Positions 39,651 to 52,052 of a stretch of 64,000 bases of DNA are shown here, piece after piece (the stretch's first letter is position 1; the number at the start of each line of letters is the position of its first letter). The notes beneath the pieces were generated by a model. It was not told the DNA's origin and searched no databases. It saw only the letters and a list, made by a program, of their open reading frames with translations. Origin of the DNA: Syncephalis fuscata S228 (Eukaryota > Fungi > Zoopagomycota); NCBI GenBank assembly GCA_025786725.1, contig JAHLTZ010000001.1, forward strand, positions 620,001 through 684,000, given 5' to 3'. The position numbers and the translations under genes are program-made.

Positions 39651-41028
39651 GTGTTAACTAATAGTATTAATGTCCAAGCAAATTTCAATCAGTATAATTG
39701 ACTAAATAAACAATATGGCAAAGATACAACTAAAATGCACTGATAATTTATAAAACTACTGCAAGCTTGTGAGCACACTACTGCAATATAAACAATTGAA
39801 TGAAATATGAAAATGGATATGCTAATGAGATAATAAACACAGACTAATGAATTAAGTTGCCGAATGTTTTTGTGCGGACACGTATGCTTGTTTTAAGCAA
39901 CTGTTATCGGTTAAATTCAGGTGCTCATTGGTGTATTAACCTAGTAATTATTGAACCGACGGAGAATTGTTTTGATTGCTTTAAACATAATTTAAATTTG
40001 TTACTGAAAGCGCATGACCAAGTTTTAATACACATCATTCATTACTCTGTAGCAACTTCAAAGGTCATAAACAGGCTGTTTAATGGCACTGTATAAAAAA
40101 TAGTGCTCAAATCGCTGAAGGATGATTCATTTTGAATGAACTTAAAAAAATGAACAAAAATCAGAGTGTTTACAAGAATCCGTAGCGCAGTTTTATGTAA
40201 TCATCTTCATATTCGTTCAAGTCTACATATTAAATTTTTAGCAAATCTATAGTAATTCTGATTTTGATATGTACGCAATTTTACAATAATGCAATAGTAA
40301 TAAAAATCCACATAATAATTGTCGTTTTTTATAAAACTAAGATTTTATATTTTAATTTTGGCTTGCTGCTATTGTGCTAGTATTTAACAAATAAACAAAT
40401 CATTTTCTAAAAAAAATATTAATAACTTGAAATAGCAAAAATCAATGGTCTTTGAAAAGAATTTTTATGCTTTAATATGATTCTTGTAAAGATATGACTC
40501 AATATTGCACGCTTGGTGTTATACTGGTTTGTTTTATTTATATTCAGACTGTGGATGTAGGTGTAAACTAGTATTTAAAAGTATATCTCTTCTTGTATTG
40601 TACTCCGTATTTTTGTTAATATAAAATAAACCATTTTACTATATACTATGATTTCTATAGCATTACAAGTGATCCTACTGTTATATCTTTGACCATCAGT
40701 CATTATGGTGGTGTAACTGCTACAATGTTTAAGAATAAAGTTAAATTGCTACAGTATAATGAATATTTTCAGTATTAATATTTTGTTAAGCTAAAATTAA
40801 CTGGAAAGCTGTTAGCTATTGTAGCCAGAATGTAATTTTGAATGAAAGAAACATGTGTCTTCTTTCTTTAGGCATTTATTATTTATACAAATAGTATTAG
40901 TATTGTAAAGGTCATCGGCTTGATACAACACCATAATGAAAATAAACCAGTTCTACTATAAGATAGATGTCATTATACTAATATTATATTGATATATAGT
41001 TTGCTGAGGTCTTGATTATTTGGTATTA

Positions 41029-41335
41029 TTAAAACACTTGCAGGCGAGATATAGTATTATTAGCATCCAAGTTGGGACAACAGTCAGGGTAATTGGCATT
41101 AGGACTACCAACAGTGCGAACACAGCATGGGTTAGAAGCAACAGTGGAATATGGTTTTTTGCTATAAGCACTACCATTAAAGTTTAGAATAAGTAAAGCA
41201 CATTGATTGTCATAAGGTTCGGTCTGTCTTAGTTTTTATACAACACGGCGGTATTGTTTCGGCTTAGCATCAACCATTGTCGCACTTGCTATTAAGGCAC
41301 GGCCATGATGTAAGTAACAATGGTAAATAGCTTAT
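41029..41335 (-). pseudogene. Disrupted paralogue of the secreted Cys-rich peptide at 61366-61668
   Basis: Near-identical signal-peptide DNA, but ATG damaged (cataag vs catgaag), a 1-nt deletion and an in-frame TAA. Retains CVRTVGSPNANYPDCCP. Confidence 0.7.
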
Positions 41336-41659
41336 GATGATAGCGTAGTGTTAGAATATAAACAACTGGTAGAATAAACAGTAAAGAGAATGTGATGGTG
41401 GTGGATAAGTAGCCATGGCATGTTTAATGGTGCTTTATTTAAAGTATTCTTTCATCTATATCACATGCTGTATATAGTGAACAACGTTTAAATACACACT
41501 GGCAACATAACGATGTCCATGTGACAAGACAGCATACTTATGCAGATCATCATTTGAATATTGTCTTGTAGTATAAAGCAACTTTAAACCGACAATTTAA
41601 AAGCACACTATTGTCTGTTAATTTTACGCATGCATTTGCAGCATTGTTGCAGTTTTACT
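41244..41659. repeat. About 415-bp dispersed direct duplication, copy A (signal-peptide exon plus upstream region)
   Basis: Long identical runs with 61574-61997, e.g. gaatgtgatggtggtggataagtagccatggcatgtttaatggtgctttatttaaagtattctttcatctatatcacatgctg. Confidence 0.95.
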
Positions 41660-44486
41660 TATAACAATTGTTACTATTCTGATATTATGGTCATATTGCT
41701 ATGATGATATGAATAAGAAATACGCTGTATGCTTTGATGGTCTGTTAACATCCCATGTGAACAGATAAGATTAGCAAGTATATTGGATATTAATACTAAT
41801 TGCTAGCAAGGAAGCACATTTACGTGGATATAAACAACAGTTATTTGTTGGTTTGAATAAATGAGCTGTTATATAAACGGATACGCTGCTTTAATGATGA
41901 AATACTAAAGCATTTCAACTTTATTAGCTGTGTCTACTATAAAGCGATAACCTTATTCATTATCAACAAAGCGCATATGTCTGTTTCATCTTCTCTTTAG
42001 TATGATACAAGCTATTTAGTTTATTATAGTTGAATTATGATATATAATAACCAATGAAAAGTAAGTTGTTATCAAAGCAATACTAACCAAGTATTATATT
42101 GTATTATAATCGTTAAGCTAAATGGTAACAGAATTAAAGGCTAAAGCGATAAAATAGCTTCGACATAGGGTGTTGCTTATTTATTTAGCTTACGGCTTCT
42201 AAAACCAAAACTGTAATGCCACTATTGTTTATTTATAACAGCTATCATTAGATATAGTCATTTTGACTACACACATGTATCAATTGCCGTTAACTATGAC
42301 CATCATGCAAAATACATATACGTATAACATAAAGCTTCGTTGACTAACAACACGTAAATTGCATTTCTGACTGATTTTTGTTGCAAAATCATTGTTCCAT
42401 ATTTTATACCAAGTCGATCAGCTAAGCATGGAGAACTCGAATCTGGCAATCATTTTGCTGTATTCTAGCTATACAAGTCATAATGAATAAAAACTGTTAT
42501 TCTGTACATTTATTAACGTATTACCACAGTCATTGTCCTATAATGCAACACAACTATGGTATACCTTGCCGCCAGCTACTTATATCTCGTATGTATACAT
42601 GTGCAAAATATCAAGCAATTGACTTCATTATACATAAAGATACACGTAGTATTAGCAACGTTTTATTAATCTAATTATTCCTATTATTTGTTAATTTACA
42701 TGTCATTGAGTTTATTATCTAACTACGTTAAAATCACACGTTTAATACTGCTGCATATTGCCATAGCATTGGCATAATATTTTTACATTTTTGTAAACTA
42801 ACACTATCGGCATTTTAAGACATTATAAATAAAATAAGTCATTTTTGCAGTGACCATGGCTACTAGAAGCAAAAAATGCTGCATCTTTACTATAGCCTTA
42901 TTACCACCCCAATGTCATGGCTATGTAGTTATGCTAATATGACCAAGAATACACCATGTGATTAGACAAACATGTTAGCATTACATATAAATAATCATGA
43001 AAATACGTACATCGAGTGTCAGCACTAATCACTAACAACGAACAGGCATTATGAAGATATGATTAGTGAATAGTTGCTATTTATAAACATATAAGCAGCC
43101 ACATAAACTGATATGCCATTTTAATGATGAAGTAGTATAAGCTATTCATGCTTTATTGTTAGTTATTTTATTATATAGTGATAGCTTTATTCAATATCTA
43201 TAAAATATACTAGTTTCTAGTCATACTACTTTGCTTTAATTTCATATTAGCTATTCCGTTTATTATGGATAAGCTATGGTAATTACTAATAGTTATAAAG
43301 CAATTTTAATATCAAATTACTATCAAACAACCAACAAGTTATATTCTGAATGCTATAGGATAATGTTAGGATAAGGTGTTGCTTGGTTATCTAAGCTGCA
43401 GTTTTTTTAAATTAAAATTGTAATAATATTAAGATAAAACAGCAATGTTATGGCAAATAAATAAGCAATATAAAAAGCAATTATATGGTTTTCTTTTTAG
43501 TTATATTGTTAGTAAGTATTTGTTTTGTGCGTGCAAAACAACATGATAGACATGTATATAATAGAGTCGTTTTAAGGACTCAATATTGCTACTATACGCA
43601 TCAAATTATTTATATAGGTTCGCTGTGTACTAGATAAGTACATAGTTATTTGTGCTCATCTACACCTTGTACAATCCAGTACCTGCAAAACATGATTTAT
43701 TTACTCATCAGCATATTTGGTTAGCTTTCAGCATATCTCAGTGCTTTTATTCGCAGTAACATGCATAGTAGCTGCAATCAATAGCAAAGCAGCATAAATG
43801 ATTTATTAATAAAACATTCAACATTAGTATGAGCGGTCAAAACTACAAAATACAAACTCTAATTGAAGCAAAATGACCAAGCACACAAATATGTAAATAG
43901 CTGCTGTGTATGATAACTGGCAGTCGGCTGTAAATCAATCTATTCATATCATAAATGACTACAATTTCACCAGCACTCAATAAATAAACCCTGTTTTTCC
44001 TCATACTATACTAACATAAAAAGTAAAGACAGGCTTGCCACCAACAATTAATTGCACTTCCCATCATGTTATACTTTGTTAAATGCTTACCACTACCTAT
44101 TCTATACTAGTCAACCTTCATCATCTATTCTAATTGGCCATTATATCAAATTCATACATAACTGGTAAGCTCAAGCTACTAGCATCGATGGCATGATTGG
44201 GCTGCTAGGTTGATATAGGCTAGGTGCATATTCGGCAAAAACAAGGCTATCTGAAAATACTTGTTTAGTCCATCTACTGCTCAAGGTTCTAGCCAGTATT
44301 CCCTTTCATTTTTTAACAACGCACATGTGTCACCATGTTATCACAAGCTCTGTAATTGTTCGTACCTGCTCAGTTATAAATTTGTGAAATAAATGTACTA
44401 CCCATTTAGCTATAAAGTAGCTACTGGTCAGCCGTTAATCTCCTTACTCGCTATACTGCCATTTATTCAATACTTGCCTATTTATC

Positions 44487-45182
44487 ATGACTCTTTTATT
44501 GAAAACACTTGTTCCACTTCTGGCTATCGTGGGCGCAGTCGTAGGACAGACACCAAACACTAATGGCACCACATCCACCCTATTTAAACCTTCAAACATT
44601 TCAGAAAACTGTCAAAAAGCGTTGAACAGTAGCGATGTGACATTAGCGTGCGCTAAACCATTGAAATATAGCACATCGTCTGCTTCATTTAAACTCGTTT
44701 GTGATGCACCCTTTGACGGCGCTGCCGGCCATGTTTGCGCAGATAATCAGATCAATAAAGCACTCGACATACTCGAGAGCTCATGTAAAGATGAGCTGGA
44801 GGGAAACCGAGTGTTGGCCTTTTCAGTTTACAACAGCTGGCTGACTTACTCGCTAAACGTAGCCACCGCCTGTATGAAAGATACCGATGGGTCATATTGT
44901 GTCGAAAAAGAAACTAGTGCCACCGATGCAGATCTATGTCGAACATGTGAACGCTCTCTGGTTGAAGCAACACTCAAATGGAATCCTAATCGATCAACCT
45001 CGTTTGCCAAAAAGATCATTGCTGAAAGAACTGAATCGGCCAACGATATTGCAAAGCAATGCGATAAGATTCTCAGCGGCTCCTCATCTTCATCCGCAGA
45101 ATCCAGTAACCGTATCTCCAGTGTCACTATAACTGGCTCAGTAGCTTTTATTATAATTGGTGCAATGTTATTCACTTTTTAG
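44487..45182 (+). CDS. Secreted Cys-rich, probably GPI-anchored surface protein, tandem copy 1
   Basis: Signal peptide, 10 Cys (ISENCQKAL, LESSCKDEL, CMKDTDGSYC, CRTCER), Ser-rich spacer, hydrophobic C-terminus. Confidence 0.85.
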   Translation: MTLLLKTLVPLLAIVGAVVGQTPNTNGTTSTLFKPSNISENCQKALNSSDVTLACAKPLKYSTSSASFKLVCDAPFDGAAGHVCADNQINKALDILESSCKDELEGNRVLAFSVYNSWLTYSLNVATACMKDTDGSYCVEKETSATDADLCRTCERSLVEATLKWNPNRSTSFAKKIIAERTESANDIAKQCDKILSGSSSSSAESSNRISSVTITGSVAFIIIGAMLFTF

Positions 45183-45585
45183 TTATTTATTAATAAATTA
45201 TTCAAATTTATTGACTATTGCGGATAAAAAAATGAATTTAGCAATGATTCTGTTTACAGCCTAAATTCAAAATAATCAGTAGTTTCAATCATATTGCGTT
45301 GTTGGTGTAACTGTAATACTGGTTAATACACGTTGTGTGTATATCCAACAAACAGAAAAGGCCTTCAATAGCTGGTATTTGGCCCATTCAAAAGTTTTAG
45401 ACAACGCCTCGATTGCTTTGATTTTAACTAATTATAACATTGTAATAGTAATGTTTTTACATCGAGTTACATTCATTCAGTTATGCAAGTTTGTAACAAA
45501 GAATGAATCTTATATAGAATAGCACTGATTCATTGCCAGTTTGCTTATTTCTTTCAATTATCTTTTTCGTACTTTGCTACTCACT

Positions 45586-46271
45586 ATGCTTATTGCATTT
45601 AAACCCCTATTCCACTCCTGGCTATCATGGATGCAGCCATGGGACAGACACCAAATACTAATGGCACCACATCCACCATATTTAATTCTTTCCGTATTTC
45701 AGAAAACTGCCAAAAAGCACTGGATGGCACTGATGTTTCACTAAAATGTTTTCATTTTCTACTAAAATCCATAAAATGTAATCCGTTTGTGGTGCGCCTA
45801 TTGGTGGTGCTAATGGCTATTGTTGCACGGATGAACAAATGAACAAAGCGTTTGATGCAATCGAGAGCTCGTGCAAAGACGAAGTGGCAAGCAATCAACC
45901 GGGAATTCAAGAAGATTATATATATTGGCTGAGCTACCCAGTAGTCAGAGATATTTTTTGTAAAAAAGATACTGACGGCTCATATTGTAGCAAGAAACTG
46001 ATGGCTAACTACGGAGCAATGCAATGCGGACATTGTGAACGTTCTTCTATTGAAGCAACGCTCAAGCGAAGTTCACCTGACCAATCTCAATCTCATCTGT
46101 CAAGAACGCATTAATAACCTATTAGATTCGGCAAAAAAAGGCAAAACGTGCAAGATCACTGTCGATAAATCTTTGTCTTCATTTACAGGATCCAATTACT
46201 ATATATCCAGCGCTACTATAGTTAGTTCAACAGCCTTTATTGTAATTGGTACAATGTTATTCACTTATTAG
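45586..46271 (+). CDS. Secreted Cys-rich GPI-anchored protein, tandem copy 2 (several frameshifts; possibly pseudogene)
   Basis: GQTPNTNGTTST, ISENCQKAL, ESSCKDEV, CKKDTDGSYC, CGHCER, AFIVIGTMLFTY spread over several frames. Confidence 0.65.
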
Positions 46272-47581
46272 CTATTTCTTAATAGATCATACAATTTTAT
46301 CAATTATTATCAATAAAAAATTATCTAATACTTTCTTGCTTTCTTTATTTACAATTATTTGAGTCACCAGCTACTGGCTACTCATATTGAATAATAAGCC
46401 AATTTAATTATTTTTTGCTTTTAAAGACAAAGCAGAAACCTTTATAAATAACTTATTATGGTAATCTTGTTACAGCTTAACTTAAAGCAGCCTACAGTTT
46501 CAATTATTTAGTGTTTTTATTGTGTGGCTGGAAATAATTATTATTGGTATCATACATAATAAGTAACAATAATTTTAGTGATTATAATGGTATAAGATAA
46601 TAAATGATCAATTATCATATTACTAATAAAGTAAATAAATGAAATAGTGTTAGCCATACTTTATTTAATAATAGAACTGATATAATTAACCTATTTTCTT
46701 ATATTCGAAAAACAGCGCTAGAAATCAATCCAGTGCTATCTACTATTATAAAAAGTAGAATAAGTGGATAGTTCGTATTACTATATTTGGCAATCATAGT
46801 ATAGATGAAATCATGAAATCATAATAAATAATGTGTAGGCCCATGTTGTTAATCAAGCCAATGGGTTAATCATTTACATAAACAATGGCCAAATTACACA
46901 ATGAATATATTCAAAATAGGTTACAAACAATAAAGCTGAAAAATGCCAAATGCTCCATTACTTCTGCGTAATAAACAATCAACTCCTTTGTTTCATGTTT
47001 CATTGTAAGCATGACCAATCAAGCAAAGGCATATAATATTTTGTTATAATTGCCATGTTTTATTCAATCCTTTGTTATTTTTAACAAATTGTTTAAACTT
47101 GTTATCAACGGTAAAACAGAGTCTCATAGTATTTTCTCACTTTCTTTATTCACAAATTACCTGCATTCGTCTACCGTTGACCAATCATGAATACTAAGCC
47201 AGTTCAAATTTGCTTTGATTTGAAGATAAAGCAGCGGTATTTCTAAAGCAACTTACAATGGCAATATTATTCAGCGCTTTAATCACCTTTCATTGTTAAT
47301 GAAATTATGTTTCTAATTAATAGATAATAGATGCATACTACACAGACAGCAAAACCATTTAATAACCGCCATTTAGTTTGTTTACAGGCTATAGACAATA
47401 CTTTGCTTGATTCAATTTGGACCAATTATAGCATTGTACTATAACCGAGGCTATAGTGAGTTGTATTATTCAATTATGCAAACCTGTACTAAAGCATGAA
47501 TTGCATATAAAATAACGCTGATTCATTGTCGGTTTTCTCACTTTCCTCTCAAATTATTTTATTTCTTATTTATTTATCGCC

Positions 47582-48363
47582 ATGTTTTTCTCGCTAAAAG
47601 CATTTATTCCACTTCTGGCTATCGTGGGTGCGGCTATGGGACAAACACTAAACACTAAGACAACCAACTTCACCGAATCTGAAAGCTTGGATATTTCAAA
47701 AAGCTGCCAAAAAGCGTTGAATGGTGCTGATGTATCATCAAAGTGTTTTATTTCTCTAATAGAATTCAAGTATTCTGGTATAGCAAAACTCTTTTGCAGT
47801 GTACCTATTGATGGTGCTGATGGCCATCGTTGTACGGACAGGCAAATAAACAAGGTGCTTGACGCACTTGAGAGCTCGTGCACAGACGAACTAGCAAACG
47901 ACCAAATGGAAATCCAAAAGATTTATACAGCCTGGCTGATTTACCCGCTAATTAGAGACAATGCTTGTATAAAAGACACTGACGGCTCGTATTGCATCGA
48001 GAAAGTGAGGGATGCTTCTAAGGCAGAGAAACAAATGAATGCCCCAAGGCAGAGAAATTGACGAATGTCTTCAATGCAGAAAAATTAGTGGATAACTCCA
48101 AGGCAGAGAAATGCGAATATTGTGAACGTGCTTTTGCTAAAGCAATACTCAAGTGGAAACCTACCCGACCAATTTCAATACCACCTCTCAAGGAACTCAT
48201 TAACAAGGAAATAGAGAAAAACAAGGAATTGGTAGAAAAGTGCAATATCACTGCCGGTAGATCCTCGTCCTCATTTACAAGTCCTAATTACTACATCTTT
48301 ACCACTGCTATGCTTAGTTCAACGGCTTTTATTGTAGTTGATGCAATATTGTTCAATCATTAG
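47582..48363 (+). CDS. Secreted Cys-rich GPI-anchored protein, tandem copy 3 (one frameshift near 48040)
   Basis: ISKSCQKAL, LESSCTDEL, CIKDTDGSYC, CEYCER, AFIVVDAILFNH. Confidence 0.75.
48005..48110 (+). repeat. Four degenerate about 27-nt tandem units encoding xxxxxKAEK
   Basis: ctaaggcagagaaa, ccaaggcagagaaa, tcaatgcagaaaaa, ccaaggcagagaaa at about 27-nt spacing. Confidence 0.7.
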
Positions 48364-49005
48364 CTATTCCTTAATAGATTATCTAAATCTACAAATTAAT
48401 ACTAATAAACCTAGTTCTATTTATTTTTTTGTTTTTTCTTTACGATTACTTGTAGCCATCGTCCACTAACCAATTACGCCGGATACTATAATGAATTATA
48501 ATTTACAATGAAAATAAAGTAGATATTATAAAACTATATAGGTGCACGAGATTATGAGTTAAAAATTGTATGTTTTTATTAGCAATAAAGATTAATCAGA
48601 TACATAGCTGTTATTTTCGTGTGCAACTATGATTTTAGTGTGGGAAATTTGGATAATTTATAGTTACCAAATATGGTAGTAACAATAATAATGCTTTGCT
48701 GATAACCATATTATATGACTTCTATGAACTGGTCATGTTATGCGTCATCACGTTCTCCAATCATAATCCACAATATGGTACATGGCTGTGAATTTAGAGC
48801 AAAGATGTTTTAAAATTGTTTAGCTGTAAATAAAATATATGCCATAAGTTTTAGATTTGATAATTATTAAACGACCATTACACTGGTATCTACGGTAAAT
48901 CTCTAACGCTTACTGTTGTTATATAAATAACATATGAATGCTTAAACATTAAAGCCTTCAACCTCAGTATTACTTGCGTTAATTTTCAATCTTATTTTTG
49001 CTAAA

Positions 49006-50599
49006 ATGGCTCGCGTACTCTCTACAATGTGCAGTCTTCCTGCCAAAATACTTTGGAAAATAGCTTTGTATTTGAACGATGAATCAATGCTTCCCTTTCT
49101 TACTACCTGTTACCATGTGTTGAGCGCTGTTGAAGAAAAAGACATTGATTGGAGACGCTGGTTCTTTTGTCGGTTCAACGATGACATTGAAACGCACAAT
49201 TGGATAGAGTGGCATAACTTGGTTTAGAGCAGGAGAAGAGTGCATCAGCTCATAATACCGATAATGTACAAAATGATTATCAGCATAATAGCAACTGGCT
49301 AAGACACTGCATTGCCCAGTTTGATTTGGCAAAGAACTGGCAGCATGGTATTGATGCGTGCAACATGCTTAATATATCAGAGAATAGTTCAATAGAGGAT
49401 AATACGCAAACAGCTTCTCGTATCCTTGCCAGTAATGTTTGGGGAACACTTATTTTAACTGAAGCAAACATACTTTATTTTGCTGCACATTGGCCCAAGC
49501 CAAAGCTTACATTTATAGCCAATGTATCGGGCAGTTTCTCAGACCAATCGTACAATTTAATTAAAGGCGTATTAAATAAAAGGTTTATTGTATTAGCTGG
49601 CCCTGGAAGACCAGCTAATAACAGCGGAGTGGCCAATGGTTGTGTGCTCTATTGGGATCAAACACAGCCTAGACCCATAGAAAGCAAACAATTACTGTAT
49701 AACCACGGTGCAACGGAAATTGTGGATTTACGCGATCAATGGCTATTGTTAAAAAAGCCCACCGTGTCCACAGAGTCATACTCGATTAATATATTAAATC
49801 TTCAGCAACGCGTGCCAATACCAGTAAAAAGCGAGGCACACTGGAATACCTACTCGATCTTTGGTACATCCAATACTACTTGCAAGGTGTATGCCGGTGC
49901 ACTAAACACCAACACACAGCATCAATTTGCATCTCATAGCTGGGATATGTTGCAATCAGGCGTGCTTGATTTACGCACGGTTGATGAACAAAGAAAATAG
50001 CATTGCCACTACGAGTTAGTAAATATGGCGCACGTCAATCGCGCTTTTTAACCAGCAATCTCATAATGGTCTGGCAAATGGCATTATCCATGCAACCAAA
50101 GCATATAGAAAATAGCACAACTCATAATGCAGCTAATGATTGCATGGTTTTCGGAAAGCCCAAATCTATTTTGACATTAAACAACAACATTAAATATACC
50201 GATCAGCAAGAAAGTGTATTTTTTATTCATGATATATATTCGACTGAAGTTCATTATTCAGGTACATTTGTTAATGAACTACCTGCTGTTTCGATAAAGA
50301 AGCATCGTATTATCATTCTTAATGGCACCAATCTAAAGCTTGTTGATATGGGAAGCAAACAAACAGTCTTCAGTACAACAGTTGCCAGAGATTTAGTGCA
50401 TGTAGGATTTACACTTGGTCAATTTTGGATTGCCCAGCATCCTTCTGGTGGATTTTATACCATTAATCTGGATGACACATCGAAATTTGGTTGGATTCCT
50501 GCTAAAGATGCTTCTGGTGAGGCCAGAGCAAGCACAAATGCACTGGTCAAGGTAGCTGGAAATAACACGGCTATTTGGATTATGAACAAGATTGTTTAA
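49006..50599 (+). CDS. F-box protein, second copy (at least two frameshifts; gene or pseudogene)
   Basis: SLPAKILWKIALYL..FLTTC..WRRWFFCRF..E..W; NWLRHCIAQFDLAKNWQHG; LRDQWLLL resembles LFNGWLML in the first F-box gene. Confidence 0.6.
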
Positions 50600-51291
50600 G
50601 CTTAGCAATTGTGAATATTAATAAAGCATTTTAAATCTCAAACTATTTAACCATTATTTAGTTACAACTATATTTGTTATATACAATAATTAAGGCAATT
50701 ACCAAAAGCATAAATCATTTATTGGTACAAGTGATTTACTATTTACAACACTGACAAGTAATTGACAATTATTAGTTGGTAGCTATGACTCATATAAAGA
50801 AGCTTTGTAACAGCAAAGTGGTACAAATAGCTGTAATACAATTGGTTCCCGGTTAACAACAAGCCAAGAATCTAGACTGCAGTATATTAATTGTGACTCA
50901 TTAAACGCCCCTTGATAGGCCTTAAACAACCAGTATTTTTGGATCAATAGCAAAATACTACAAGTCACAAACTAGCATATCGATAGTTTTTGTCTATCGA
51001 GCCAAATAGTACTACTTTTCTCTTATGTAATTAAATATTCTAATTAAATATATATAATCAACATTGCTTTAATTCTTTTACTATACAAAAAGTTTTAATT
51101 ACGAATTTGAAACTGAAAATGAGATTAAAGAAATAGAGCGATGCAATAATGAAGGAAAACAAAAGCAATGATTAACCGCTGATCACAAAAGAAAGAAATT
51201 ATAATAGTGATTGATTCTAAATAGATGAGAAAAAAGGAAATTAACCGCAATTTTTGTAGTACTTTTTAAAATAGACTAATTTTGGTTATTA

Positions 51292-52052
51292 TCATGTCCA
51301 GTTGTTGTTTATGGACCAGTTATTCCAGAGGCTTGGGCTAGCAGTCTCGGTGGAGTTCGACTTGGCAGTACTTGTGGACGTTGCATTGATTTTCCAGCAA
51401 GGCTGAACAACGCGTGGCTTGCCTGTTGTTGGCTGCTGTTGCTGAGTCATCACTGGCATACTGACTGGCCACCAGTCAGCTGCATCGTTTGACGTATCAT
51501 CCACAAGTGCTGAGTCATTAGGTTGGCCAAGTGAAGGAGGTGTAACGGCTTCAATGTCAGAAGCATTGCCATCACAATAACCGGAATCACTAAGAGCAGG
51601 TGACAGCTCAGGTGGTTGTTCAGAAGGTGATCCCATATCCGCTGCACTTGCTGAATCATCCATATCGATGTCATCCATGACCATATCGTCGGCAATGATA
51701 TTGTCATACTCGGATGAATCATCCAATTCAGCAAAGCAAGCGTCAAACCAAGCTTCCTCGGCCAGTCGGTTATCGGCCATTTCCACCTCGTTAATGAGGT
51801 TTGCGGTGGACTCGTCGTAGTTCAACGGCACTACCGGTTCATGCTCGTCAAAGAAGAAGCCATTAGATGAGCAGTCATAGCTGGGTGGTGGTGGTGAACC
51901 ATTATCAATACTGGCTGTCGGATCATATTGGCAATCAATACCGATCGACGTAGTGCAGGCTCTCGTCGAGCAGTAGCCACCGCTTGCAACTTGTCAAGTG
52001 ACAAGTCACGCACTACGTCGTATATTTCAGCCGTCACCGTTAACATCGACAT
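51292..52052 (-). CDS. SERTA-domain protein with acidic C-terminal region (frameshift near 51830-51900)
   Basis: VRDLSLDKLQAVATARREPALRRSVLIANMIRQ matches the SERTA consensus (SL.KL....EP.LRRSVLIAN.LR). Downstream acidic/aromatic EEAWFDACFAELDD. Confidence 0.75.

Noticed and set aside
39850-41000. Possible decayed kinase-like gene
   Set aside because: Stop codons in all frames and no clear kinase motifs.
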